Source: an uncultured bacterium (lineage in GTDB: Bacteria; Oederibacteriota; Oederibacteriia; Oederibacteriales; Oederibacteriaceae). Taken from it: 64,000 nucleotides of DNA. Position numbers and translations under genes: made by a program. Below the pieces are notes generated by a model. The model did not search any database, had not been told where the DNA came from, and was given only the letters and a program-made list of their open reading frames with translations. Below, in pieces: positions 38,911 to 48,269 of this stretch. The stretch's first letter is position 1. Each line of letters starts with the position of its first letter. The stretch is taken from contig OZ218778.1 in NCBI GenBank assembly GCA_965112635.1, positions 1,216,001 through 1,280,000 of the forward strand, read 5' to 3'.

Positions 38911-40036
38911 TCATGGATCTATTTTAGTCACGATCTCGTTGGAAAAGGCGGTTCGCGTGGAGCCTTTGAAATAATAGACACCCTTGGCGCTATTTTGCGC
39001 AAAAGTCCCTTCAGAATTCGGCGGTCCCGGTTTTTCTTTTAGTGAATAAAGCAGTTCACCTTCATCGCCCCGGTGCAGGGGACCCGGTATTTTGAACAAC
39101 ACCTGATCGCCGGCCGCGTTAAAAGTCCCGCCCTGACCCGCGCTGACCTGCTGCAAGAAGGAGGGGATTGCATCGATGACCGTAAATCCGGCTTTGAGGT
39201 TTTGCGTGACAGACCAGTTGATCTTATAGATAAAGAACTGCTCGCCGGTATCTTGGTAACTGACGGAAAGGGTTTTGTGCAGGACAAGTTCAGAAGAGTT
39301 AGAAAGTTTTGCTTCAGGGGTTCTGGCCGGCCTGGGGGTGAAGGTCAAGGTGAAAGGGACCGGAGACAAAGTCTCCGCGACTGTGGAGGTTGGCGTCGGC
39401 GGGAAGGGTGTGAAGGTCAGCGTGGGCTGACTGGTCGGTGTTCCGGTCAGGGTCGGGGTCGGGAAGACAGGGACAGGGGTGCGGGTGGGGGTCGCGGACC
39501 AAGGCGTGAAGCGTGGGGTTAGGCTCATTGCCGATCCGGGTCAGGTCGTAGGGCTCGCTCCATTCCCTGCTGATGACCGTGCAGTCGTCAGGGTCAATAT
39601 GGGTGATCTGGAACCGGAAGGTGATCCTGTTGAAGTTCGGACTGATATAGCCGTTCGCTGCGGGAAAGTACTTGTCACCCTGACATTTCCTGATTCCTTC
39701 GGGATCCAGAGTCTCGGCGGTAAAACGGACAATGGAACCGGTCAGGGTCAGGCCGCTGACCTGGAACATTCCGCAGACCAGGCCGGGCCGGTAACCCAGG
39801 GAAAATTCCTCCGCGGTCGGCGTGACCGAGATGAGCAAGGCTTCGCTTCCGCTGGCCTGGAATTGCATGGCAGCGCCTTTGGGGAAATACCACTCTTTTT
39901 TATTTTGGGTATGCCACGGCCCTTCCAATTTTTTGGCCGCGTCCTCGTCCGTCCCGGAAAAAAGAAACGGCGGGTTGAGGCTAAGCGCCAAAATAAAGAT
40001 AAAAAGGAAAATTTTTTGTTCTATGGGAAGCCGCAA
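38911..40036 (-). pseudogene. Secreted protein (N-domain + Thr/Pro linker + DUF11-like domain) split by a one-base frameshift near 39511
   Basis: ORFs 39314-40036 and 38911-39528 overlap; removing one base reads ..RIGNEPNPT-FTPWSATPT.. Confidence 0.65.
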
Positions 40037-40231
40037 ATCATTCCTCCCTGGAAAAAATGAAAAGGCCCGCCAATATTCGAGCGGATTTGATTATAAAGGG
40101 TTGTGGAGCCGGGCGGGCAATTTTTCTTGGCCATATCGCTCCAAAACCAGGCTTGAGAAACAGCAGGGGATTAGCTAATATTTAGTGAGAAGAAGGGAAC
40201 AGCGTTAAATTGACTGAAAAAGGAGTTTCCC

Positions 40232-40561
40232 ATGAGCAACCTTCCCCAAGTCGGAGACGATAATTTTAAAGAAGAGATCCTGGACCATAAAGGCGTGGCC
40301 ATGGTCGATTTTTGGGCGGCCTGGTGCGCGCCTTGCCGGATGCTCACCCCCATCGTGGAAGAGCTGGCCTCGGTCTTCCAGGGCAAGATCAAGATCGTCA
40401 GCCTGGACGTGGATGCCAGCACGGGCATCGCCTCCCAGTACGGCATCCAGGCTATCCCCACCCTGCTGATCTTCAAGAACGGCACGGTCATTGAGCAGGT
40501 CGTCGGAATGCAGTCCAAAGATGTCCTCACGGCCAAGCTGGAACAGGCCCTCACCAAGTAA
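40232..40561 (+). CDS. trxA: Thioredoxin
   Basis: VDFWAAWCAPCR, YGIQAIPTL. Confidence 0.95.
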   Translation: MSNLPQVGDDNFKEEILDHKGVAMVDFWAAWCAPCRMLTPIVEELASVFQGKIKIVSLDVDASTGIASQYGIQAIPTLLIFKNGTVIEQVVGMQSKDVLTAKLEQALTK

Positions 40562-40562
40562 T

Positions 40563-41552
40563 ATGGCCAAATCTCCCAAGCTTTTAGCCGGTTGCGACCT
40601 GGGCGGCACCAATATCGTCAGCGCCGTGGTCACCTTGTCCGGCAAGATCCTGGCCAAGGACAAAAGGCCCACCGAAGCCTTCCGGGGCCAGGACACGGTC
40701 CTCAAGAACATCCGCGATTCCATCCATAGCGCCATCGCCCAGTCCGGGGTCCAGGTCAAGCAGCTGATGGCCGTGGGCGTGGGCTCTCCGGGCCCTTTGA
40801 ACACCACCCGGGGCGTCATCTACGAGACCCCCAACCTTCCTTTTAAGAAAGGCTTGGCCATCCGCAGCCTCCTGCAAAAACATTTCCCCTGCCCGGTCTT
40901 TTTGGAAAACGACGCCAACGCCGCGGCCTGGGGCGAGAAATGGGTAGGAGCGGCTAAATCCTGCGACGACGTCATCTGTCTGACCCTAGGCACCGGCGTA
41001 GGCGGGGGCATCATCCTGGACGGCAAGCTATGGCGGGGCAAGGACGACTCCGCGGCGGAACTCGGCCATATGATCCTTTTTCCCGGCGGGGTGCGTTGCA
41101 ACTGCGGCAACCAGGGGTGCCTGGAAAGTTACGCGTCAGCGACCGCCACGGCGCGCAGGGCCAGGGAGGCTGTGCAGAGCGGCCAGAAGACGGTCCTGAC
41201 CAGGCTTTCGCAGGGAGACCCGGCCAAGATCACCTCAGCCCTGGTCTACCAGGGTATTTTACAGGGGGACAAGTTGAGCAAAAAGATCATGGAGGACACG
41301 GGTAAATACCTCGGCATTGTCATCGGCACTCTTCTCAATATTTTAAACCCCCAGATCGTGGTCCTGTCCGGGGGCATGATATCCGCCGGACGCTGGCTTT
41401 TTGACCCCATCAGGGAAACAGCCAAAAAACACTGCTGGGCCGTGGCTTTTAAGCGCGCTCGCATCGTTCCCGCCCGGCTGGGCGATGACGCGGGAGTGAT
41501 TGGCGCGGCGGGCGTGGCCCTGGAAAGACTGAAAGAAAAAAAGCTTGCCTAA
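40563..41552 (+). CDS. ROK family sugar kinase (glucokinase-like)
   Basis: DLGGT, ENDANAAA.GE, LGTGVGGG, ELGH, CNCGNQGCLE, AGVIGAA. Confidence 0.92.
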   Translation: MAKSPKLLAGCDLGGTNIVSAVVTLSGKILAKDKRPTEAFRGQDTVLKNIRDSIHSAIAQSGVQVKQLMAVGVGSPGPLNTTRGVIYETPNLPFKKGLAIRSLLQKHFPCPVFLENDANAAAWGEKWVGAAKSCDDVICLTLGTGVGGGIILDGKLWRGKDDSAAELGHMILFPGGVRCNCGNQGCLESYASATATARRAREAVQSGQKTVLTRLSQGDPAKITSALVYQGILQGDKLSKKIMEDTGKYLGIVIGTLLNILNPQIVVLSGGMISAGRWLFDPIRETAKKHCWAVAFKRARIVPARLGDDAGVIGAAGVALERLKEKKLA

Positions 41553-42654
41553 ACTTTTCCGTTCCATCAAATTCCTTGCCTTATTATCCCTTTTATTGCC
41601 TTTTAGCCGGGCTTTTGGCCTGGACAGCGGCTGGCTGGAGGGCCAAAAAGTCCTGGCCCTGGTGGGGCCGGCCATCAGCCAGCAGACGAAAACCCTGCTC
41701 CAGGGAGCCCGCCAAAGGGTTTGGGTGGAGATGTATGAATTCCAGCGCCGGGATTACGCCCAAGAACTGGCGGACCTGGCCCAGCAGGGGGTGGAGGTCA
41801 AGGTCCTGCTGGATATTCGCACGCCTGGAAGCCTGAGCATCAAAAATTTTCTGGCTCACCACAAAGTGGCGGTCAGGACCCTAGCCATGGACGACCCTTC
41901 CCAGAAAAATCACGCCAAGCTAATCCTGGTGGACGGCGGCATAGCCATTGTCTCCAGCATGAACTGGGGCACCCGCTCCGAGGAAAACATCGAGGCCGGG
42001 GTGCTTTTGCAGGGGTCAAGTGCGGGATATTTGGAAAATGTTTTTTGCCGGGACTGGCAAAAAAGCACAGGCCAGACCCTGTTGCCCAGCCCGGTCCAGG
42101 CGGCCAGCCAGGGAAAAAGCAGGGTAAGAGTTTTGACGGACAAAGATTTCTGGAAACCCCTCCTGGAAACACTGAACTCCAGCAGTTCTGAGATCAAAGC
42201 AGGGCTCTATTCTTTCACCGACCGCAAGCTGGAAGCCAGTCTGAGCCGGGCCGCCAAAAAAGGGGTTACCGTGAGGGTCGTCCTGGAGCCCAGCCAGATG
42301 GAGAATCAAAAGACAGCGGAATATCTGGCCAAGGGACATGTAACCGTCAGATGGTATGATCCGGGTTCCAGCAAGTCCGGGGTCATGCATTTAAAGCTCG
42401 GCGAGGTAGACCAGCGCCTGACCGCGGTAGGTTCAGCCAACTGGAGTAGCAGGGGATTTGGCTGGAACCACGAGATCAGCCTGTTGATCGACGACCCTGC
42501 GATTGCCCGCGTTTTTAGCCAGGAGTTGGACGGCCTATGGTCGGCAGGTTCAACTGTGCCTACCAGTCCGGCCAGCGGACACGACAAGGGAAGCCGTTTT
42601 GGCGTCCATCCCAAAAAGGATTATGAGTTCAACCTCCGCTCCTCGATGGAATAA
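41545..42654 (+). CDS. Secreted phospholipase D-family protein with two HKD motifs
   Basis: Signal peptide; NHAKLILVD...SSMNW and MHLKLGEVD...GSANW. Confidence 0.85.
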   Translation: MPKLFRSIKFLALLSLLLPFSRAFGLDSGWLEGQKVLALVGPAISQQTKTLLQGARQRVWVEMYEFQRRDYAQELADLAQQGVEVKVLLDIRTPGSLSIKNFLAHHKVAVRTLAMDDPSQKNHAKLILVDGGIAIVSSMNWGTRSEENIEAGVLLQGSSAGYLENVFCRDWQKSTGQTLLPSPVQAASQGKSRVRVLTDKDFWKPLLETLNSSSSEIKAGLYSFTDRKLEASLSRAAKKGVTVRVVLEPSQMENQKTAEYLAKGHVTVRWYDPGSSKSGVMHLKLGEVDQRLTAVGSANWSSRGFGWNHEISLLIDDPAIARVFSQELDGLWSAGSTVPTSPASGHDKGSRFGVHPKKDYEFNLRSSME

Positions 42655-42681
42655 TTAATGAGGTTGGCCAAAATGGCCGGG

Positions 42682-42690
42682 TGATATAAT
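42682..42690 (+). promoter_or_regulatory. Extended -10 promoter TGnTATAAT
   Basis: TGATATAAT just upstream of GGGAG RBS and ATG 42708. Confidence 0.5.
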
Positions 42691-42707
42691 TGCCGCAGGG
42701 AGCTCTT

Positions 42708-44849
42708 ATGATGTCCGTTATTAGAAAAGAAAATTTTCTATTCCGATTATCCTTTTTATTCCTCTTGCTTTTCGTCCCCTGCAGGGCTTCCCTGGCTGAT
42801 ATGTGGACGGATTTTCACGGCACCACCAGCAACAACGGCGTGACGGACAGCGGAACCCGCAACAATCCGGCCACAACCGGAGTTCCTCCTTTCAACTACA
42901 TCTGGAGCCACACCAACTGGGACGGGGTGACCACGAGTGCTATCCAAGAGAACAGCCCGATCATCGTTAACGGGGTGGCCTATTTAGCGTCCTTTGACGG
43001 CCAGATCTTTGCCTGGGACACTGCGACCGGCAACCCCGTGGCGCCCTTTCCCCTGAATACAGGGGATGCCATGGCCTCAGCCCCGGCTGTGGCCAACGGC
43101 ACTATTTATGTGGAATCTCTGGACGACGGGCTTTTTGCCTACAATATCGCCACGGGGGCTTTGGTTTTCAATGTTCCTACGGGCATACCCTGCATGAATG
43201 CAGGCTGGGTCCTCGGGTCTTCTCCTGTCGTGGACAACGGTAAAGTTTATGTGGGAAGCTGCGACGGTAAAGTTTACGGTTTCAATGCTCTGACCGGGGC
43301 TGGCATCCCCAATTTTCCTTTGGCTACGGGAGGGGCTGTCTGGTCCTCGCCAGCCGTGGACAACGGCGTCCTTTACGCGGGCTCCGAGGACGGCAAACTC
43401 TACGCGTGGGACGCCAATACCGGAGCTCTGAAATTTTCCAACCCCGTGACGGCCGGATTTGGCATCGCTTCCTCCCCGGTTGTCAGCGGCGGCATCGTAT
43501 TCATCGGCGCGGACGACGGCAAGCTCTATGCCTGGAACGCGGCAACCGGGGCCGCCATCGCCAATTTCCCGGTAAGCACCGGAGGCCGGCTCTGGTCCAC
43601 ACCGGCTGTGGCCTACGGCAATGTGTATGTAGGTTCACAGGACGGGAAACTGTACGGCTGGAACATCGCCACCGGGGCTTTGGTGCCGGGATTCCCGGTC
43701 ACGCTCAACGACTCTATTGAATGCTCTCCCTCCGTGGCCAACGGCGTGGTCTATATCGGGACCGGAGAATGCTGCAACGCTGTCGGCAACTCGGTCTACG
43801 GCATCAATGCCGCGAACGGTTCGGTTCTGTGGAGCTATAATTTGCCTTCCGACCCCGATTTTCCTGAAGGATTGGACGAAAGTTCCCCGACCGTGGCTGA
43901 TAACAAGCTCTTTGTCAGCTCGGACGAACTCAACGGCATTTATGTGTTCTCCCTTTCCACGCAAACCTATACTCCCACGGCCACAGGGACCTCGACCCAC
44001 ACGGGGACCCCTACCACGACCGGGACAGTCACCTTGACGGCCACCCAGACCCAGACCCCTTCGCAGACTTTGACCCCCTCCAAGACCTTGACTTCCAGCA
44101 ATACCGCCACCCCAACCCTTACCTTTACACAGACCGAAACCCCCACGCAGACCCTGACGCCCAGCAAGACCTTTACCCCGAGCAACACGGCGACCCAGAC
44201 CAGCACCATGACGCCGACCCCCAATATCCTTGTCATCCATAAGTCAGCCTCGCCCAGCCAGGGAGACAACAACGATCTCATTACCTATTCCCTGACCCTG
44301 CGGAACAACGGCTCGGATGCCACAGGGGTGACCCTGTGGGACAGCGTGAGTTCCAGGCTGGACCTGGTGAGTTATTCTTCGCCCGGAGTGTCCAGCCCGC
44401 CGTTGCTGAGCTGGTCTTTGGGGACCGTCACCGCAGGCCAGCGTGTCGTGGAGACTTTTTCGGCCAAAATCGACAACAACGACGCTCCGGGGTCCGAGAT
44501 CCCCAATAATTTTTACGCGAGATATTTTGATACCGCCACCCTGCAGACCGTCGCGGGCTTAAAGAGCAATACCGCCTGGGTGACGGTGGGCAAGGATGTC
44601 TTGGTCTATCCCAACCCCTTCAGCCTGAGCGGCTCCCTGGGCCGGGTCCTCAAATTCGTCAACGTGGAACCGGGCACGACCATCGAGATCCGCAGCCTTT
44701 CCGGAGAGATCGTGACGTCCATCCAGGCCGCGGATTATTACGCCACCTGGGACGGCCGCAACAACAGGGGGGAACTGGTGGCGCCGGGCATATTTTTTTA
44801 CATCATCGGTTATCCCAGCGTGAAAGGCAGGCTCATCGTCCACCCTTAA
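42708..44849 (+). CDS. Secreted PQQ-like beta-propeller protein with Thr-rich linker, DUF11-like domain and T9SS-CTD-like tail
   Basis: Signal peptide; repeats SSPAV.NG..Y.GS.DGKLYAW.A.TG...NFP; (Tx)n linker; tail VYPNPF...IRSLSGEIV...WDGRNNRGELVAPGIFFY..KGRLIV. Confidence 0.82.
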   Translation: MMSVIRKENFLFRLSFLFLLLFVPCRASLADMWTDFHGTTSNNGVTDSGTRNNPATTGVPPFNYIWSHTNWDGVTTSAIQENSPIIVNGVAYLASFDGQIFAWDTATGNPVAPFPLNTGDAMASAPAVANGTIYVESLDDGLFAYNIATGALVFNVPTGIPCMNAGWVLGSSPVVDNGKVYVGSCDGKVYGFNALTGAGIPNFPLATGGAVWSSPAVDNGVLYAGSEDGKLYAWDANTGALKFSNPVTAGFGIASSPVVSGGIVFIGADDGKLYAWNAATGAAIANFPVSTGGRLWSTPAVAYGNVYVGSQDGKLYGWNIATGALVPGFPVTLNDSIECSPSVANGVVYIGTGECCNAVGNSVYGINAANGSVLWSYNLPSDPDFPEGLDESSPTVADNKLFVSSDELNGIYVFSLSTQTYTPTATGTSTHTGTPTTTGTVTLTATQTQTPSQTLTPSKTLTSSNTATPTLTFTQTETPTQTLTPSKTFTPSNTATQTSTMTPTPNILVIHKSASPSQGDNNDLITYSLTLRNNGSDATGVTLWDSVSSRLDLVSYSSPGVSSPPLLSWSLGTVTAGQRVVETFSAKIDNNDAPGSEIPNNFYARYFDTATLQTVAGLKSNTAWVTVGKDVLVYPNPFSLSGSLGRVLKFVNVEPGTTIEIRSLSGEIVTSIQAADYYATWDGRNNRGELVAPGIFFYIIGYPSVKGRLIVHP

Positions 44850-44885
44850 AGGGTTCCGATTTAACCTGAAAAAGTCGCTATTGGC

Positions 44886-44914
44886 TTGACAAGAGGGGTT
44901 TGAGGGGTTAGATT
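44886..44914 (+). promoter_or_regulatory. sigma70-type promoter of the his-trp operon
   Basis: TTGACA (44886-44891) - 17 nt - TAGATT (44909-44914). Confidence 0.8.
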
Positions 44915-44959
44915 ATTAACAATTCCGCACAAGGCGGGTCAAAAAAAGGAGAATTTTTC

Positions 44960-45031
44960 GTGGAAAACATCAAGTTAGCGGGCTGGCATTGGCATTCTGG
45001 TTCCACTAGGGGTGTGCCCGCTGCTTGGTAA
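44960..45031 (+). CDS. Attenuator leader peptide, 23 aa: MENIKLAGWHWHSGSTRGVPAAW
   Basis: AGGAG RBS at 44947-44951, GTG start, TGG CAT TGG CAT at 44984-44995, TAA at 45029-45031; too short for the ORF track. Confidence 0.85.
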   Translation: MENIKLAGWHWHSGSTRGVPAAW

Positions 45032-45085
45032 TCAGGTGCAGTAAATTCCAAAGGCCGTGGGTCACCACCCACGGCCTTTTTTGTT
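44976..45085 (+). promoter_or_regulatory. Ribosome-mediated transcription attenuator (1:2, 2:3, 3:4 helices)
   Basis: 1:2 AGCGGGC(44977-83)/GCCCGCT(45016-22); antiterminator GGTGTGCCCGCTGCTTGG(45011-28)/CCAAAGGCCGTGGGTCACC(45048-66); terminator 45050-45085. Confidence 0.82.
45050..45085 (+). terminator. Intrinsic terminator in the leader upstream of hisD
   Basis: AAAGGCCGTGGGT-cacc-ACCCACGGCCTTT followed by TTTGTT. Confidence 0.92.
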
Positions 45086-45125
45086 ACTATATCCATCATC
45101 CATTTAGGCGAACAAGGGAGAACTA

Positions 45126-46493
45126 ATGAAAATATTCAAATGCGGCAACGAAAAACAAAAACAAAAAGTGTTCCAGTGGCTGGAGGCGATGAGCCAGAGC
45201 GACCCCAAGGTCGATGAGGTCGTCGCTAGCATCGGGGGGCTGGTCAAAAAGGACGGGGACCGCGCTTTATGCCAGCTGGCCATGCTTAGCCGGCCTGATG
45301 TTTCCAGGGCCGTGAGGCTGGGCGGCAGCAGGGCGTTGCTGCGGTATTACACCCGTCTCAAGATGCCCAGGTTCCCCCTCAAGGTCACGGACAAGGAAAT
45401 GAAGGGTTCCCTGGCCAAAGTTTCGCCTGGTGTTTTAAGGGCCGTGGTCCAGTCCCGGGACAATATCAGACGGTTCCATGAGCAGGCGGACAAAAGGACC
45501 TGGCTCAAGACCACGAACAAGCGGGGACAGCGGATCACTTTGGGCCAGATATACCGTCCTGTGGAATGCGCTGGGCTGTATGTGCCCGGAGGCACGGCTC
45601 CCCTGGTTTCTACTGTGCTGATGACCGCGGTCCCGGCCAGGGTTGCCGGGGTCAAGCGCTGTTATATTTGCACGCCGGCCTCTAGCCAGGGTGTGGTGCA
45701 TCCGATTATCCTGGCCGCAGCCAGGCTGTGCGGGGTTAACGAGGTTTACCGCACTGGCGGCAGCCAAGCTGTTTTTGCCATGGCCTACGGCACCCAGACC
45801 ATCCCGAGAGCGGACAAGATAGCCGGTCCGGGCAATGCCTATGTGGCGGCGGCCCTGAGGCAGGTGCAAGGATTCGCTGGAGTGGAGAGCATCCCGGGCC
45901 CCTCCGAAGTCATGATCGTGGCCGATGAGAGCGCCGACCCCATGGCCTTGGCCATGGACCTGTGCTCCCAGGCCGAACACGACGAGCGGGCTGTGGCCGT
46001 GCTCGTGGCGCTGTCGCCGCGCGTGACCCGGCAGGTCGAGGCGGCTTTGATAAAAGCCCTGCCTATGCTGGAGCGCCAGAGCGTCATCGAAAAGGTGCTG
46101 CAGAACAGGGCGGCCATTATTGAGGTCAAAAATAAAGCCATGGCTTTGGCCCTGGCCAACCGCATGGCTGCGGAGCATCTGGAGGTCAATTTAAAAGGCA
46201 ACGAGTCGGAAAAGTTCAGCCGGCAGGTCCAGAACGCCGGGGCAATTTTGGTGGGGCCGTTCACGCCGGCCGCGGTGAGCGATTATTTCGCCGGACCGAG
46301 CCACGTGCTGCCTACCGGCGGGACAGCCCGTTTTTCCTCAGGCGTTACCGTGGACACTTTTTTAAAGAAGACCAGCTGGGTTTCCTATAACGAAAAGGCC
46401 TTAAAAGAGGCCAGATTAGCGGTGCAGGCCCTGGCTTTGGTCGAAGGCTTGACGGCGCACAGCCAGAGCCTGGCCGTGCGCACAAAAAGATAG
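45126..46493 (+). CDS. hisD: Histidinol dehydrogenase
   Basis: GLYVPGG, KIAGPGNAYV, GPSE, QAEHD, EHL, DYFAGPSHVLPT. Confidence 0.95.
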   Translation: MKIFKCGNEKQKQKVFQWLEAMSQSDPKVDEVVASIGGLVKKDGDRALCQLAMLSRPDVSRAVRLGGSRALLRYYTRLKMPRFPLKVTDKEMKGSLAKVSPGVLRAVVQSRDNIRRFHEQADKRTWLKTTNKRGQRITLGQIYRPVECAGLYVPGGTAPLVSTVLMTAVPARVAGVKRCYICTPASSQGVVHPIILAAARLCGVNEVYRTGGSQAVFAMAYGTQTIPRADKIAGPGNAYVAAALRQVQGFAGVESIPGPSEVMIVADESADPMALAMDLCSQAEHDERAVAVLVALSPRVTRQVEAALIKALPMLERQSVIEKVLQNRAAIIEVKNKAMALALANRMAAEHLEVNLKGNESEKFSRQVQNAGAILVGPFTPAAVSDYFAGPSHVLPTGGTARFSSGVTVDTFLKKTSWVSYNEKALKEARLAVQALALVEGLTAHSQSLAVRTKR

Positions 46494-46494
46494 G

Positions 46495-47596
46495 ATGAGG
46501 AAGGTCATTATGAACAGCGACAAGGGAAACGATTTATATCTGAGAGGGGAGATCAGGACGCTCAAGCCCTATAGCGTCGAGGAAGAATCTTTCCGGGTCA
46601 AATTGGACGCCAACGAGAACCCGTTCGACCTGCCCGCGGAGGTCAAGGAAGAAGTCCTCAGCGCGGCCCGGTCCAAGCCGTTCAACCGTTATCCGGACGC
46701 CAACGCGACCGTGCTGCGGGAAATGGTGGCCCAGGACCTGAACCTTAAAAAGGAGAATATCCTGTTCGGAAACGGGTCGGACGAGCTCATCCAGCTTATC
46801 CTGGCCACTTATGGGGCGCCGGGGCGGCGGGCGGTCTTTCCCGCTCCTACCTTTGAGATGTACAACGTCCTGACGCAGGTCAGCGGCATGGTGCCGGTGA
46901 GCGTAGCCCTGGACAAGAGGAATTTCGATTTGGACGAAAAGGAGTTCCTTAAAGAGCTGGCCAAGGAAAAGACCGAGCTGTGTTTTTTGGTCTATCCCAA
47001 CAGCCCGACCGGCAACTGCTTCAGCACAGCCAAGGTCGAGGAGGTCCTCAAAGCCAGCCGGGGTCTGGTGGTCATTGACGAGGCCTATTTTCAATTCTGC
47101 GGCAAGACCTTTGTGCCGAGGCTCAAGACCTATCCCAACCTCATTGTGCTGAGGACATTTTCCAAGGCGTTCGGCCTGGCGGGTTTGAGGGCGGGTTATT
47201 GTGTGGGGACGCCGGAAGTGCTGGCCAACCTATGGAAGGTCAAGCTGCCTTACAACCTCAACGCCCTGACCCAGCTGGCCGTGCAGGGGGCCATGCGTTA
47301 TAAGAAAAAAGTTCTGGAAAAAGTCGAGGAAATATTGCGGGAAAGGGATAAACTTGCGGACAGGCTGGCCCATGTCCCCGGGGTCAAACCATACCCGAGC
47401 GAGACCAATTTCATCTTTTTCGAGGTGGAAAAGGGCGCTTCCCGGGTCTTTGAACAGTTGAAAAAAGAAGGGATACTCATCCGGAGTTTCCAGGACCAGC
47501 CCGGGCTGGATGGTTTTATGAGGGTCACAGGTGGGGTCTAGCGAAGAGAACGAGGAGTTTTTGCAGATTCTAGAGAAGATAGTTAGAAATTTGTAG
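46495..47596 (+). CDS. hisC: Histidinol-phosphate aminotransferase (C-terminus frameshifted at about 47530)
   Basis: KLDANENPF, NRYPD, GNGSDE, PNSPTG, IDEAY, RTFSKAFGLAGLR; ORF stops at 47541 but removing one G restores RVTVGSSEENEEFLQIL ending at 47596. Confidence 0.9.
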
Positions 47597-47638
47597 GAGC
47601 CGCTCCTGGCCAAGCCGGGAGGGGACGAGGAGGTTACG

Positions 47639-48238
47639 ATGAAAGCCAGGATCGCCAAGGTCGTGCGCAAGACCAAGGAGACCGACATCAAGGCAGTCCT
47701 AAACCTGGACGGCAAGGGTGAGATCACGGTCAGGACCGGGATCCCCTTTTTCGACCACATGCTTACCTCCCTGGCCAAACACGCTGGTTTTGACCTCCAA
47801 CTCTCGGCCAAAGGGGACACTCAGGTAGACGACCACCACACGGTCGAGGACGTGGGACTGGTCCTGGGGCAGGCTTTGGCCAAAGCCCTGGGGGATAAAA
47901 AGGGCATCCAGCGGTTCGGTTCGGCCATCGTGCCCATGGACGAGGCCAGGGCATACGCGGCCTTGGACATCAGCGGCCGTCCCTGCCTCAGTTACAGCAT
48001 AAGCATCGTCAAGGAGATCAAGGAGTTTGACCTGGAACTGCTGGAGGATTTTTTTGAGGCTTTTACCGTGGAAGGCCGGCTCACCCTGCACCTGTGGACC
48101 GACAGCCAGGCCGGGAAAAAGGTGAACAGCCACCACCAGGCCGAGGCCATGTTCAAGGCCAGCGCCTGCGCTCTCAGGCAGGCGGTCAGCCTCAACCCTC
48201 GGGTCAAGGGCGTGCCCTCGACAAAGGGAAAGCTATAA
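47639..48238 (+). CDS. hisB: Imidazoleglycerol-phosphate dehydratase (monofunctional)
   Basis: RKTKETDI, FFDHML, DDHHTVED, PMDE, NSHHQAEAMFK, PSTKG. Confidence 0.96.
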   Translation: MKARIAKVVRKTKETDIKAVLNLDGKGEITVRTGIPFFDHMLTSLAKHAGFDLQLSAKGDTQVDDHHTVEDVGLVLGQALAKALGDKKGIQRFGSAIVPMDEARAYAALDISGRPCLSYSISIVKEIKEFDLELLEDFFEAFTVEGRLTLHLWTDSQAGKKVNSHHQAEAMFKASACALRQAVSLNPRVKGVPSTKGKL

Positions 48239-48269
48239 AAAACTAAGGAAAAGGTAAGGATATTTTAAG

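Noticed and set aside
41545-42654. PLD protein as an anti-phage nuclease
   Set aside because: Has a signal peptide, sits in a trxA-ROK housekeeping operon, and no helicase or defence partners are nearby.
44908-45099. Minus-strand 63-aa ORF in the his leader region
   Set aside because: Antisense to the promoter, leader and terminator; the + strand leader explains the region.
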